Assembly (NCBI RefSeq): GCF_006345805.1
Contig: NC_043003.1
Coordinates: 76,260,001-76,324,000, forward strand
DNA: 64,000 nt
Origin: Octopus sinensis
Lineage: Eukaryota
Reading direction: 5' to 3'
This document shows, piece by piece, positions 24,995 to 37,499 of this stretch. The position numbers were made by a program, and so were the translations under genes. Below the pieces are notes generated by a model. The model made no database searches. It was not told where the DNA came from and worked only from the letters and a program-made list of their open reading frames with translations. Each line of letters opens with the position of its first letter. The stretch's first letter is position 1.

Positions 24995-26990
24995 GTGTGT
25001 GTATGTGTGTGTGTATATGCGTCTATGTACGCTTGTAGATATAATATTATACAAAGATATATGTAGATATTCAGATATTCTACATAAAACTTACATGTAC
25101 ACACATTTTCATATAAGGGAATACATTCATGTAATACATATATACACTGATCCGCATAATATTGAGATGGAAACTTTAAAAACATATATGTAAGTGTGTA
25201 TGTTTGTGCACAGGTGCATACACTATGTACACACATATATCGACGTGTGTATGTATGTGTAGCTATGTGTGTGTGTTTATCTGTCATATTCAGATCTATT
25301 TTTCTAATAGCCGTCTATAAAATTCTAATTACAAATTTAACTTAATTGCTTTTCGCTATATATTTCACAGTAGATGGGGAATTTAATCTATTTTATTAAT
25401 ATTGTTTTCCCCTTAGATGATGTGGTGTACATTTACAAATTAAATTTCTGTCCTCGCACGCACAGAGATAAATAGAAGCACATAAACGTACAAATGTTCA
25501 CAGTGACTGACAGGGAGGAGGCAGAAAGATAAAGAGAGAATGTGACAGACAAACAGAGAGTGAGTGAATTAGAGACGAAGTTACTGAGTTAGTGAAAAAG
25601 TGAGTGTCTAAGAGACATAGTGATAAGTGAGAGAGAAAAATACCGCATTTTGTTAGGAGTGTACATGTTTGCTTAGCCACACGTAATCTACACATGACCA
25701 GGCAAACATTCTGTAGACATTTAAACAGTAATTAAATATCGAATTCCGTATCATTATTAGAGAGTAATTGATATTAAATTTAGATTAAAGAATCATTATT
25801 AAAAGCATTTAAGGAACGTTGTTTCAGCTGAGACGTTTGACACATCTCACTTACAATGTTTTCTTCGAGTTCCGGCACCAAACGCGAAACAATTTATCTC
25901 GATTTTAGCTTGTCTCTTCAGTATTTGTAAAGTCAGGATGAGAAACATAACAGATATTATTTCATTAATTCTACAATTGCTCAGCCTAATAAAGTATTAA
26001 GCTCTTGAAATAAGATCATGTCTACTATCGTAACTATATAATCATCCTCCCTGCTGGTACTATGTACTATTTCCCAACAAGCATAAAATGAACATAAATC
26101 CAACATGAAACCCAACCTTATCCCATTCATCATTCTCAAACCAATAAAGACGAGGTAAATCTTTCGTAACTGCATTACGTACTAGACATAGCAAACGGTT
26201 TTCCCTCAAAGGACACAATCTTTTTTTAATGCGAGTGTTCATTCAATAATACCGGCTATAATTGCAGTGGATTTGACCATAGTGTCCTGTGCTAAACAGC
26301 AACAACACCACCAAAAACAACAAGCATGGATACAGTCGCTTTCACACTACACTGTACGATCTTAAAAATTGAAGGATACACTATATCGCGAATGTAACAG
26401 AATGACAAACGAATTGTCACGATTAAAATGTCTATGATCAAATATCTGTTCGTTCATAGATGACCTAGTTTTTAAGAAGAACAGCAATAATGATAATTCC
26501 TATATAATTTAGCCATGCAGAGCTTGTTGTGAAATCTGTAGTCATTGATGAAAAAGAGCAAATATAAATCAATCCGAAGACAGAACCTGGCATAAAATTT
26601 TGACTCAATCACCGGATTCGTAAGTCTGACTAAATAGATACAGAAATCAGTCTTCATTCATAAATATTATTAAATCAAACTGTATTAATACTGCAGCTAA
26701 TATGATCAGCTTGTAATATATATGATCATCTTGTAAATCCTTCTTGGATTAAGTAACTGAGTGACAGACACAAATTTTATCTACAATTAATGATTGCGCT
26801 TTTCATTGCTAACACTCATTACATGCAGTGTGAGAGATAAGGAACCTAGAATGAGACTGTTCAAACCTCAGTGGAATGTCACAAATTTATAAATGAAGTC
26901 TTCCGCGATGAGCTAATTTCACAATGGGAATAAACACAAATATATAATTCAGTCTACATTGTCACACACACACACACATACTCTCTCTCT

Positions 26991-27037
<47 letters not shown>

Positions 27038-27129
27038 ATGTATGTATGTAAGTATGTATGCATGTATGTATGTAACCTATAAGCATCAACAGCCATAATC
27101 GGAAAAGAAGAACAAGTCAATATCATCGG

Positions 27130-27620
27130 TAACCACTGAGCCGCAGGTTTTATGTCGGAGTTATCCCAGTTACCTGAGTTACCTTCTCCTAGAAGGATGC
27201 CCTAACAAAGGCTAGGAGTCCTTCACTCTCATTGGTTTAACTGCGCGATTGGGTATTCAGTCCGATTATTTCTATGTCTCCGCGCATGATACAGCCTTAA
27301 GCTGGATAAGATTGATGTAAGGAGAAAACGTGACAACCTGGCCACTGGTGGTGGTGTCACACACCATACTAATCATATCTGTCAGACATGTGGAAGAGAG
27401 TGTAATTCGACAGGAAGACTTAAAAGACATGCAAAGGTACATGAAGCCCAGTTACAACTACAGCCGGCTATTACCGGTAATGGTATTAGCTGCCAATTCT
27501 GTACAAGACATTATAGATCTCTAGCTGGGCTAGAAAGTCACATTCGATCACAGCACCAATAACAGTTAAGCTTCGTGCAATGGCCATACTTATAACGACG
27601 GGGCAGCCATTATGTAACCT
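27130..27620 (+). mobile_element. RTE-like LINE derivative retaining the 3' end of the ORF with two C2H2 zinc fingers
   Basis: The ATG-less open frame 27290-27562 encodes CQTCGRECNSTGRLKRHAKVH and CQFCTRHYRSLAGLESHIRSQH*. There are no TGEKP linkers, and an RTE-like 3' end (GCCATACTTATAACGACGGGGCAGCCAT) follows. Confidence 0.55.
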
Positions 27621-27782
27621 ATAAAGCAGATTTATAAATAGGGCTAATTTAACTACTTCTCCGTAGATTGATAAAATGATGAACAGCCTTAATCGATTTT
27701 CGAATCTTAATGGATTCTCATCAGTGGCGTCTACCTCAAGTTGACGAATCCAAGAGAAACAGGTTGCCAATTTGTTTACAAG

Positions 27783-28706
27783 TATGAAAAAGTGGACGCA
27801 GAATGCTAGAATATACTCAGGTATTGAACAGGGAGAAGTAGAGGGCAAGCAGTAATTAAACCTGGAAAAGTACAGGACAAGAAGTAAAAAACGTTAAAAC
27901 ATTGCTGCTGAAGTTTGAATTTGCTGAGTAAATTTAAATTTCTGAAATTGTTCATCAAATAGAGTGAGCAGTTTTCTTTTGTAATGTTTTGCTTTTATTG
28001 AAATTTTTTTAAAATTTGAGTTAATATTTTTTGATTAAAAGTTGTTGTTTTTTTGTATTAAACTAAAACATTTGCTTTACATTTCGTTTTACCTTATTCC
28101 TTAATTTTCTTTTATTTACAAAACTCATTATCCACAAATTTTAAACTACAGATTTTGTGATATAAATTAATCACATGAATAATATATGTAATACTAAAGA
28201 ACAAGAAATAGTAACACAGTTTTTTTAAAGAAAAAAGAATTAATTTCTTTAAAGTTTATATTATCAGATAAAGTGTTTTCTATATTCAGACAGAAGAATA
28301 TTTAAAAGGGAGAAACCTAATGAATAAATTGAGTACAAAATGTAGAAATGACTCTAAATTTAAAAAGAAACTTAGTGGTTATGATAACTTGTCAATTTTG
28401 CTTAAATTGCTATTTTTAAATATTGAAATTTTTTTCAATATATAAAGCACTAAATTCGTGATATTAGCTTTCCACCAACATTGAATCTAAATAGATTCTT
28501 GTGTAATTTAATTTAAACTTTTAGGTAAATAAAAAAATGAAAGGGTATTTATTTCTATTTTGGTTTCCAAATCTAAATAAAGTTAGCAATAAGTAGCAAT
28601 ACGTTAAGCTTTCTTTTTCTTCCTTTACTTTTCCAGGGTTAATTACTCTTTGCTCTATACTTCTCCAGGTTCAATATTCTAGCATTCTGCGGCCGATTTT
28701 TTCATT
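27783..28706. repeat. Degenerate inverted repeat pair (~125-bp arms at 27783-27909 and 28592-28706) around an AT-rich core
   Basis: GCAGAATGCTAGAAT..ATTGAAC..GGAGAAGTA..GTAATTAA.CCTGGAAAAGTA occurs on the plus strand in the left arm and on the minus strand in the right arm. Confidence 0.7.
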
Positions 28707-29331
28707 CTGGTCATATACATTTTCTTTTGTAATACATGAGATATTTTGATTCAAAGTCAATTTTAGGGATTACCGATTTATGCTACACTACCATTTTGAA
28801 GCTAATATCTTTTAACGAAATTTTCACCAAAAGATTCTTCTTAGTGGGCACATTCTTTAAAACCCAGTTCATCTATAATTTCCTTTTAGAATAATTGAGA
28901 TGTCTTGATTCAGATCAATTTTTCGCCTTACCCTCTAATATTTGACTTAACACATTTTGATCTAACTTTTTTCCTCATGAAATAAATTTCAATTATTTTA
29001 TCTCCAATTGTAGCTTAAGACTCGATCATTATTCGTTAAAGAACAAAACACATACTATTTGGTTGAGAAATGAATTACTGAGGGAGCATAGATATGCGCG
29101 CATTTAACTAAAAGATTACCTTCGGAATATATTCACCGGCATGCGTGGATGAATGATATACTTAACAATTTCAGTAGCTAAGACAAGCTGCTCTCTTATT
29201 ATAGTAATATATATGTCTCTAGCTGTCTCCTTTCTCTCTTTCTCTCTCTCACATTCTTTCGTTATTTCTTTCACTCTAGCTCTCTCTCTCTCTCCCGCTC
29301 TCTTTCCATCAATTTATCTCTCTCTCTCTCC

Positions 29332-29380
<49 letters not shown>

Positions 29381-29404
29381 CTTAGATATACTTACATATG
29401 TTTC

Positions 29405-30137
29405 AATCAATGATTCGCCCAGGCCATGTCTAACACAATAGCACCACCTGATAGAATTATCTCAACCCTTTTTAAGTCAACTTTTTTTGTATTATGGTAC
29501 ATTGACTTCTTGAGGTAGTTGTATCCAAGTTTGGGTGGCTTATCTGGTATTCCTTGAAGAAATTTGTCCAAACTTTGTTTAAAGGTAATGGGATCGTTTT
29601 CCTCTTTGATCAGTTTTGGGACAATGTTAAACAGATCAGAGCATGATGAGGAAAAGAAATTGTGTCGCAGTGTACCTATATGTTCTGATCTTGAATTGGG
29701 CAGGGGACTATGTTCCGTGGTCCCAGCCTTGGATGAACCTTGAAGCTAATGTTCAGGTCGTTTGGGCAATGCTGGCGGTATATTCTTCACATCGTGCAAA
29801 TGACGTTCCACTCTCGGAGGGCGCTGGATAGAGAAGAGTTTCAAGGTTTTAAAGCGTTCCCAGTAATCGAGATCAGTCATGCTCGTAATTTGTTTAGTGA
29901 GTGCGCTCTAAGGTGATTCAATTTTCGAGATGTTTTGTTTGAATGGGGAAACCACAGGGGCAGCAGTATTCGAGGTGTGGCCGTGCAAAGGAGGAGAAAA
30001 GTGGAATGATGACACCTTGTTCCCTGGACCGGAAGGTTCTTAAGATCCAGGAACATATCCTACGATCTATATCGACTTTATTATTGATGTGGGCACTCCA
30101 ACTGGGATTGTTATTAACAATTACTCCTAGGTCTCTG
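29405..30137 (-). pseudogene. 5'-truncated, diverged copy of the CR1-like LINE (C-terminal part and 3' UTR)
   Basis: IRDLGVIVNNNPSWSAHINNKVDIDRRICSWILRTF...FARPHLEYCC closely matches ORF 39132-40130. The 3' UTR GGTGGTGCTAT..GTTAGACATGGC is shared. Confidence 0.9.
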
Positions 30138-30147
30138 ATATATATAT

Positions 30148-30179
<32 letters not shown>

Positions 30180-30814
30180 AACTTATACATACATACATAT
30201 ATATACATATATATACAAATATTTAAGCACACACGCGAATGTATCTGTTTCAATCTCCATATGCATATATATATATACCAGTATATAATTTTATAAATGA
30301 AATTATAAAATTATAGTAAGGGCAATTACGAGGTAATGCCACATGCAAGAAGACGACAAATATCTATTCTCTCACTTTCAGACACGTGCTGAAAGTCACG
30401 GAATAGAGAAAAAAATATTTTTCGAAAAAGTTTAGCCTAATATCGATCGATTTTAAGTTTAGTGCTATATCGCACTCTCCCATCATCAGCATAGCATACC
30501 AAAAAGTACATATTTATATACATATATACATACCATACGAGAACAACTTATCCACAGTGCATATACAAATGTTCACACTTATATACAAGTAAAAAATCTA
30601 ATATTTTCATCTCAGCCACGTGCGAAAAACCAAAATGTTTCAGTAGTGAATAAATTTTGGTTTAAGCGAATTTATATTTATCAATTAAAATCAAGGATAA
30701 AAATCTATATAAGATTTTATCAAGTAGCTAGCATGTAAAAACCAGTTAAGGTAAACATTAATACCAAGTATATAAGTTTATAAATATAATTATGAAATTA
30801 ATATAAGGTAGTTA

Positions 30815-30957
30815 CGATGTGATGCCACATGCTAGAAGAAGACGCTAAATGGATTTAAACTACTTTATCTATTACATAGACACGCGTTGACAACGTGTGA
30901 ATGATAAAGTAGCTTAGAACTATTTGGCGTCTTCTTCTAGCATATGACATTACCTCG
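30815..30957. mobile_element. Mini-MITE with ~36-bp mariner-like TIRs flanked by TA; a further left-TIR copy starts at 30329
   Basis: TA-CGATGTGATGCCACATGCTAGAAGAAGACGCTAAAT versus ATTTGGCGTCTTCTTCTAGCATATGACATTACCTCG-TA. Position 30329 reads CGAGGTAATGCCACATGCAAGAAGACGACAAAT. Confidence 0.7.
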
Positions 30958-31159
30958 TATCTCACACTGTACATCCCTTTACCGGAGAAATCGGTTCACT
31001 ATTCTTTGTTCTTCTTTGGTGCACATTGTTTGTTGAGTGGCCATGCTTACACTGTGAAGCCAGAAAGCAAAATAGCGCTATCAAGCTCAAAGTTCCATCG
31101 CATGACTACAATAGTACCAACTATAAGCACGCAAGCGCAGAAGGCAGTGACAATAATAA

Positions 31160-31386
31160 AGATATGTTATGGCGAAAGTGCAGGTGAGCTGCAAGATACA
31201 GGAGGAAAGAGTGAGAGAAAGTTGTGGCGAAGGAGTCAGCAGAAGTTTCGCCATTACCTTCTGCCGGAGCTGCGTGGAGCTTAGGTGTTTCGCTCATAAA
31301 CACATACGTCGCCCGATCTGAGATTCGAACCCGTGATCCCTCGACCGCGAGTCCGCTGCTCTAACCACTAGGCCGTGTGCCTCCAC
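31160..31386 (-). mobile_element. tRNA-derived SINE (second family)
   Basis: The minus-strand head GTGGAGGCACACGGCCTAGTGGTTAGAGCAGCGGACTCGCGGTCGAGGGATCACGGGTTCGAATCTC has A-box (GGCCTAGTGG) and B-box (GGTTCGAATC) motifs. It lacks a closed acceptor stem and continues into a non-tRNA body. Confidence 0.85.
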
Positions 31387-32651
31387 ACACTGCATTTTAC
31401 TAACCATATACTTAGTTTGTTCGGAGTCTTATGTTATATCATCTGCCAACAGATGGCAAGTCTATGCACTGAGCGAAAGCATTGTAGAAGTCGCTGCATC
31501 AAAAGTAAAAGAAAACAGTATATCATGATTAATCAATTTTGAAATGTCAAACGATGGTCTAAATGCATATTAGCGTTGTTTCTTTTCTCCTTATCTCAAA
31601 ATGAGGAGATAGAGCGAGAGAGAGAGAAACAGACAGCGTGGGAGGGAAGGACAGAGGAAGAGTGAGAGAGAGAGAGAGGGACAAAGAGAGAGCTGTCTAA
31701 TTATTAATATGCTCTACTTAATTAAGTCTAAATATTTTGAAGCGAATCGTTCGAAATTTTTTTCATTTAGCTATCTGATGATTAACTTCACCGTTGGGAA
31801 CGCAATCGTATTTGCAAACACACACACATATACATATATACATGTGTGTGTATGTATTTATGTATCTATATGTACGTGAGTATATATATATGTGTGTGTA
31901 TATATATGTGCATATGTATGCTTGTATGTATGTAATCAACGGGCAAGTCGTAGCTTACTACCACTTGAATTATCTGTCGGTGCTTGATATTATTCTACTT
32001 GTAATTTTGTAAACTGTTGGAACATGAATGTATTAAGACATGTGCGTGCTCGAATGTGCGTCAGCATGTACGCGCGCGCGTATGTTTGTGTGTGTGGGCG
32101 TGTGTGTGTGTGTTTGTGTATACGTGTGAATATGTGTGAATATGTGTGTGTCTTTGTGTTTGTGTATGTTTGTTGCTGCTTATCAATAAATTAACTTTAT
32201 AATATTATACAGTAACGAAAGTTAGACTCAGGTCCCTGCGATAAGGAGAAGATTAACTCACACCGGAAATTGAAGTATGCATAAATAATACTCCGAATTA
32301 TAGGTAGAAGCTGGGTGGATAATCTACGTGTGATGGAGTGTTCGTGAGTATGTTGTTGTGTATACATTTCGGTGAGATTGTCTAAGTAAAATGAGTATGT
32401 GTGCTTCTACTTTATGTTTTCCATCTATTTTATACTTTAAAAGGAAATATTAAATAGCAGTATAGATACAGAAACAATTTAGTTAGGTGCAGAAGATTTT
32501 CAATCACCACAGATAAATATTAATTTTAATAGTAATGATAAGAAACTTTTGAACACTAGTAGATTATATTTCTTCCACTGAAACGATCGCACTGCGACGA
32601 CGTTACTCAATAACTTCCCATGTCACACATATACATACATTCATATGTGTA

Positions 32652-32705
<54 letters not shown>

Positions 32706-35017
32706 TTATAAGTAAGGGTAAAAGAGAACTTTTCTAATGCCAAAATATGCCGAAAATAGACACAACGTCAATAACCAAAGAAAGCCGACATACATTTCTA
32801 AAAAATCCCGTTATTACCATATCAGACCTGATTTCAGAGTTAGTTCATAAGAACCTTCCCTTTATCAGTGATAAATGCGGTACAGAAATAAATGAAATAC
32901 TTACCTACACCCATGGAAGAAGCAAACAGTAAGTCATGAGCACAACTAAGTACCCCAAATATATCCAAAATAGAATATATATATATAGATAAGAGGAAAA
33001 AATCTATCAGAAAGTAACTCTATCTCTCTTAAAAAAACATCTTTTGATAAGCATAACAAATGCGCAACCGGTAAAAAGAACTTTCACCTAAATAAATTAC
33101 TTAAATTACTTAAATTATTTTGTCAGCATTTTCTTCATTTCCTTTTTTATATATCACAACACGTGTTCCACATCTCCTTTTTAAATATATATATATATAT
33201 ATACATATATATCCGGTCCTGCTGCTTCCCCGTGGCTCTCTATCGCCATCCAATATTATTGTAAATTCGAAATAGGAGCTTGAGTCACAATGCATATTTC
33301 ATTAACCAGTTACACATCCAAGGTCACTAACCTTATGAATTACTCTCTCCATAGTGCTTAGTAATCCTCAGTGTTGATCAGGACAGTTCAGTTCAGTATC
33401 AACGTAACAACTACCGTTAACTTAGTTGAGCTCTTCCATTACCTTTCAAAACTCCGCCTTGCTACAACTCATGACTTCGCCGTATCCGTGAGAGGGTGGC
33501 TGAATATGTGTTATGTCTTATCGAAGAGCACCCTGTAATAGTACAGGACACGCTCATCCTTCCATGAGGTATTTTCGGCGTGCTTTACCTTTCCAGCGTG
33601 TCAGCCATTAGAAATACTCTTGGCCAATATTTATCACATCGGTTTCAAAATGCAAGAGTCTCAGCAGAACAAATGACAAATTAACTAGAGGTAATTAATG
33701 AACACATCAGGTGACAGCTCTGACAGGTAAATATTATTATGCAATCAATAATGTAATGCATGGCAACTATTCCTTCAAGCCATTATCTGGCTCTGAAACA
33801 TTTGGGCTAAAGTAAATTAATCAATACATAGTAATGCTAAACTCTCTTAGTCAAAACACTTCTGAACTTACGTTCCTATACACACACACATTCACCCCTC
33901 CCCCAAATACACACTTCCACCACAACACACACACACTCACACACACAATGACACACATAAAGACACACACACACACACACATGCGCCTATACATACATAC
34001 ATACATACATACGTACATATATGTATGTATGTGTTTCAGCCCAAATGTTGTGGCGATGTTGAGGCACGGCCAGTATTAACCCATTTTCGATGGCCATTAT
34101 TTTATTTTTTTAGTGGTATTTGGTGAACTTCAACAGCAGGAGATCAATTTGTTTCTTGATAACATCTACCACTTCTCCATGTAGATCTTTTAGATATTTT
34201 GATGAGATAAGACATTTAACCCAAGCCTAATGCAGTACATGTCTCCACCCCGTTAGATATGAAATATGGGCCTTTAGAACAGTATAGTGACGTTCGGTTC
34301 AGAGGCGGGTATAATTCATCATATCAAAGTTTGGGGTCAAATGCACTAGGCCTTCCACATCCCTATCACTACGGATTTCTTCCGTTTTCTCACCTAGGGA
34401 CAGAGTCGTAACTCATTCAGTCTCTCCCGGTGGCTCAGTTGATTCATTGATTCAATTATCCTGGTACAGCACGGCTGAGTTTCCTCAAATCTCACATTTA
34501 ATTTGAAACTATGGTATGATCACAGTTGAAAGCAGTAGTCCAGATACCTGAGGAGAAATATTCTCCGTAGAACTAGCATATTTTCGTGGTCACTTGTTCT
34601 GAAAGTTATCAGAATCTATCCGGACATTTTCTGCACATTGTCACAATCTTGGTAATATGTACAAAAAGAAGACGTTGTTGCTCAAATCAGTTCCCAGGAC
34701 ACGCACTGTAGATGACTCCAAGATTGCCACTCTTTTAGACCAAAGTATTTTTGTTGTGGCATCTTAGGGCTAGCAGGCTGATAACATAGGGCTCGCAATT
34801 TTTCTGCATAATATTGTATGTTGTTTTCTTCAGCGTGTTTTTATTTAGCACCTACGTCTTTCCGTAGAAGATTAGCATCGAGAAATTCCTTAACTACTTT
34901 TACTACTTCTGTGCCATCGACTAAGCTTGTAAATATGGCTGTCTGTGTAACTGATGCAGGCATGAAAGAGCTACCATAAAGTACACCACCCCACAATGAA
35001 TAATTTAACATATGCAT

Positions 35018-35103
35018 ATTGATGATCTCCGTATTTTGCCATCGGCATTTAAACAGCTCCTTCCTCTTTAAGTACCACACCAACAACATGATACCGCCCC
35101 CAA
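35018..35103 (-). mobile_element. Short Tc1-like transposase relic, copy 1 (copy 2 at 40897-40982)
   Basis: The ~86-bp segment is near-identical to 40897-40982, whose minus strand reads FGGGIMLW-CGTCRGRSCLNADGKI across one shift, resembling Tc1 FGGGSIMVWGCF..G...IDGKM. Confidence 0.4.
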
Positions 35104-35724
35104 TGAATAATTTAACAATATGTCTGGTATTTCCCAGCAGTAACATGCATATTCATGCACAAGTATTCATGTTCCTACCAACTGAAAGTCATCCAGTATA
35201 GCTCGATACAATTCACTTATCTCCAGATATTTCCTTCTTTTATGAATCTGTTTTGCAGGAGTTTTAAGAATTAGGTCCAACACTTAGTTATTAGTATCCG
35301 AGGAAAAAGGCAATTATCCAGGAATATGTAATGTATTTCCTGTTTCGTATATCCTTCCCCATTTATATTCATACGCATGAAGTTTGTTTGAATTAGGTCA
35401 CGTGAGTGATGGACCTTTGGTGAAATTGCAAGGACTAGGATGCATGATTGCATACGGAGCAATGTGTAGTTGCTGAAATTGTAACATATGTTGGTCATGG
35501 CTATATATATATATATTGTAGAAAACGTTTTTAATAAAAAGATACGGATGTGAATATATATCCCAGCCAACAACTGATGAAGGGTCGTTCTTCGTGTTGT
35601 TTGTCTTGTTTTCCATTTGTCTTTCATTGTTCTGAAAATCGTTCATATAGTTCATATTCCATATAATCTTACTCCGTAATTTTTGTTGTACAAATTTCGT
35701 GATGTCCTGTACTCATATATGCAT

Positions 35725-35733
35725 ATATATATA

Positions 35734-35806
<73 letters not shown>

Positions 35807-35864
35807 ATAACATATATATATATATGTATATATATATTATATATACATATATATATATTATATA

Positions 35865-35898
<34 letters not shown>
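35725..35898. repeat. (TA)n microsatellite
   Basis: Direct reading. Confidence 0.95.
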
Positions 35899-35899
<1 letters not shown>

Positions 35900-36110
35900 A
35901 CGGGAAGCTTTATGAAAATAGATAAAAGACGAAGGCAGGTGGAAAACAAACAAACAATTGTATTGGTATGGCGCTCAGGAAATATAAATAAAACAAGTCT
36001 TTAACGTTTCGAGCCTACGCTCTTCAACAGAAAGATACACAGAGAGAAAAAACACAGAAAGAAGGAGAGAAATAAAATGCGTGCAGTAACTAACGAACCA
36101 ACATGGCGAT
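35899..36110 (-). mobile_element. Young (TA)n-associated repeat with hammerhead-like motif; inverted near-identical copy at 46660-46868
   Basis: About 210 bp with only a handful of differences from the reverse complement of 46660-46868. Both copies abut (TA)n at the same CCCGT end. Confidence 0.8.
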
Positions 36111-36240
36111 CTGATTTCGGCCAGAAGTCAAAGATCAAACATGAGACGCGAGAGCGAAATTAAGGGAGATAATAGGGTTGAGTGACCAGCTCCAACGTAA
36201 GGGTGTGTGTGTGTGTGTGAGAGAGAGAGAGTATTAGTGC

Positions 36241-36314
<74 letters not shown>

Positions 36315-36945
36315 ATATATACACATACAAATATGCATAGGCTTCTGGTTAAATTAATTGGTGGTTTCATGGCGGGATGAATCTCTTAATGATTATCAAG
36401 CCTGCCACATGGAAACATTGTTAGTCGTTTTCATTTTGAAGCATTATACATGACGTTTCACCGAGACTGTACAGGATCTCAGGATAGCAAAATACATATA
36501 TACATTATGGGATGTAAATCTTAAGTACTGTCTCCATTGCATTAGCCCAGGGATTTTGCAAAAAATTGCATACCACATGGATTGATTATTTTATTCATCA
36601 TTTTCTGTGGAAAAGGTCGTGTACGTCTAATTTTTTTTAATTGCCCACGTGCATGCATAAACACTTCTGTACAAAATATGTGTACACATAGTTACACACA
36701 AACACACACACACACACACACACACAGACAAACTCATCCATACATATAAATATATACATAGATAGATATGCATATATAAACACACACATACACACCTGCA
36801 TTATACCCTGTTAAGTCTCGAAAAAAGAATATTTAACCACCAAAGTGGTGCTAAGTATTCATTTTCACTGTTCCATATTTATGTGATAGACAGATAGACA
36901 GGCATACAGACATAGATATAGGCACAAACACACACACACACATAT

Positions 36946-37461
36946 AATCAAAATCAGCAACAGGATATCAAGAGGGGATGCAGTACGACCATTTTTGAGT
37001 GACTCCATTCAATGAACAATGCAAACATAGCAACAGTTTAAATGATGGGCTAACTTCAGCTGCATAAATAAATATATATTTTTAATCAGTTGAACACTAA
37101 TATATTTTACTCAAATTCTCTAATAAAGCAAGAAGTGGGAGAAAGTCCATGTCGTTACTAATGTGGCCCATGATATACTAGTATATTCTGTGTCACATTA
37201 GTATATTCTGAGTCACATAGAATATAATAGTATATCATGAGTCATATTAGTAACAGCATGGACGTTTTCTCTCCTGATCTTTTAGAGAATTTGAGTAAAA
37301 TTATATTAATGTGTGCAACTGATTAACAAATTCTATTAATTATGCAACTGAGGATAGCTCTGCATTTAAATTGATATAATGATTGCATTGTTCAATTAAA
37401 TGGAATCGCTTGAAACGGTCGTACTGCATCACCTTTTGATATCCTATTGCTTATGTTGATT
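36946..37461. mobile_element. ~515-bp imperfect palindrome (foldback/MITE)
   Basis: The left arm (GGATATCAAGAGGGGATGCAGTACGACC...TTTTACTCAAATTCTCTAA...CATGATATACTA) pairs along its whole length with the right arm. The centre lies near 37190-37220. Confidence 0.85.
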
Positions 37462-37499
37462 TTACTCACATTACTTTGAGTTATACGGGTAATACACAC

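Noticed and set aside
31310-31386. tRNA gene
   Set aside because: A and B boxes are present, but there is no complete cloverleaf or acceptor stem and the sequence continues into a SINE body.
35560-35610. CTGATGAAGGG as a hammerhead core
   Set aside because: No GAAA follows a closable stem II, so the motif is incomplete.
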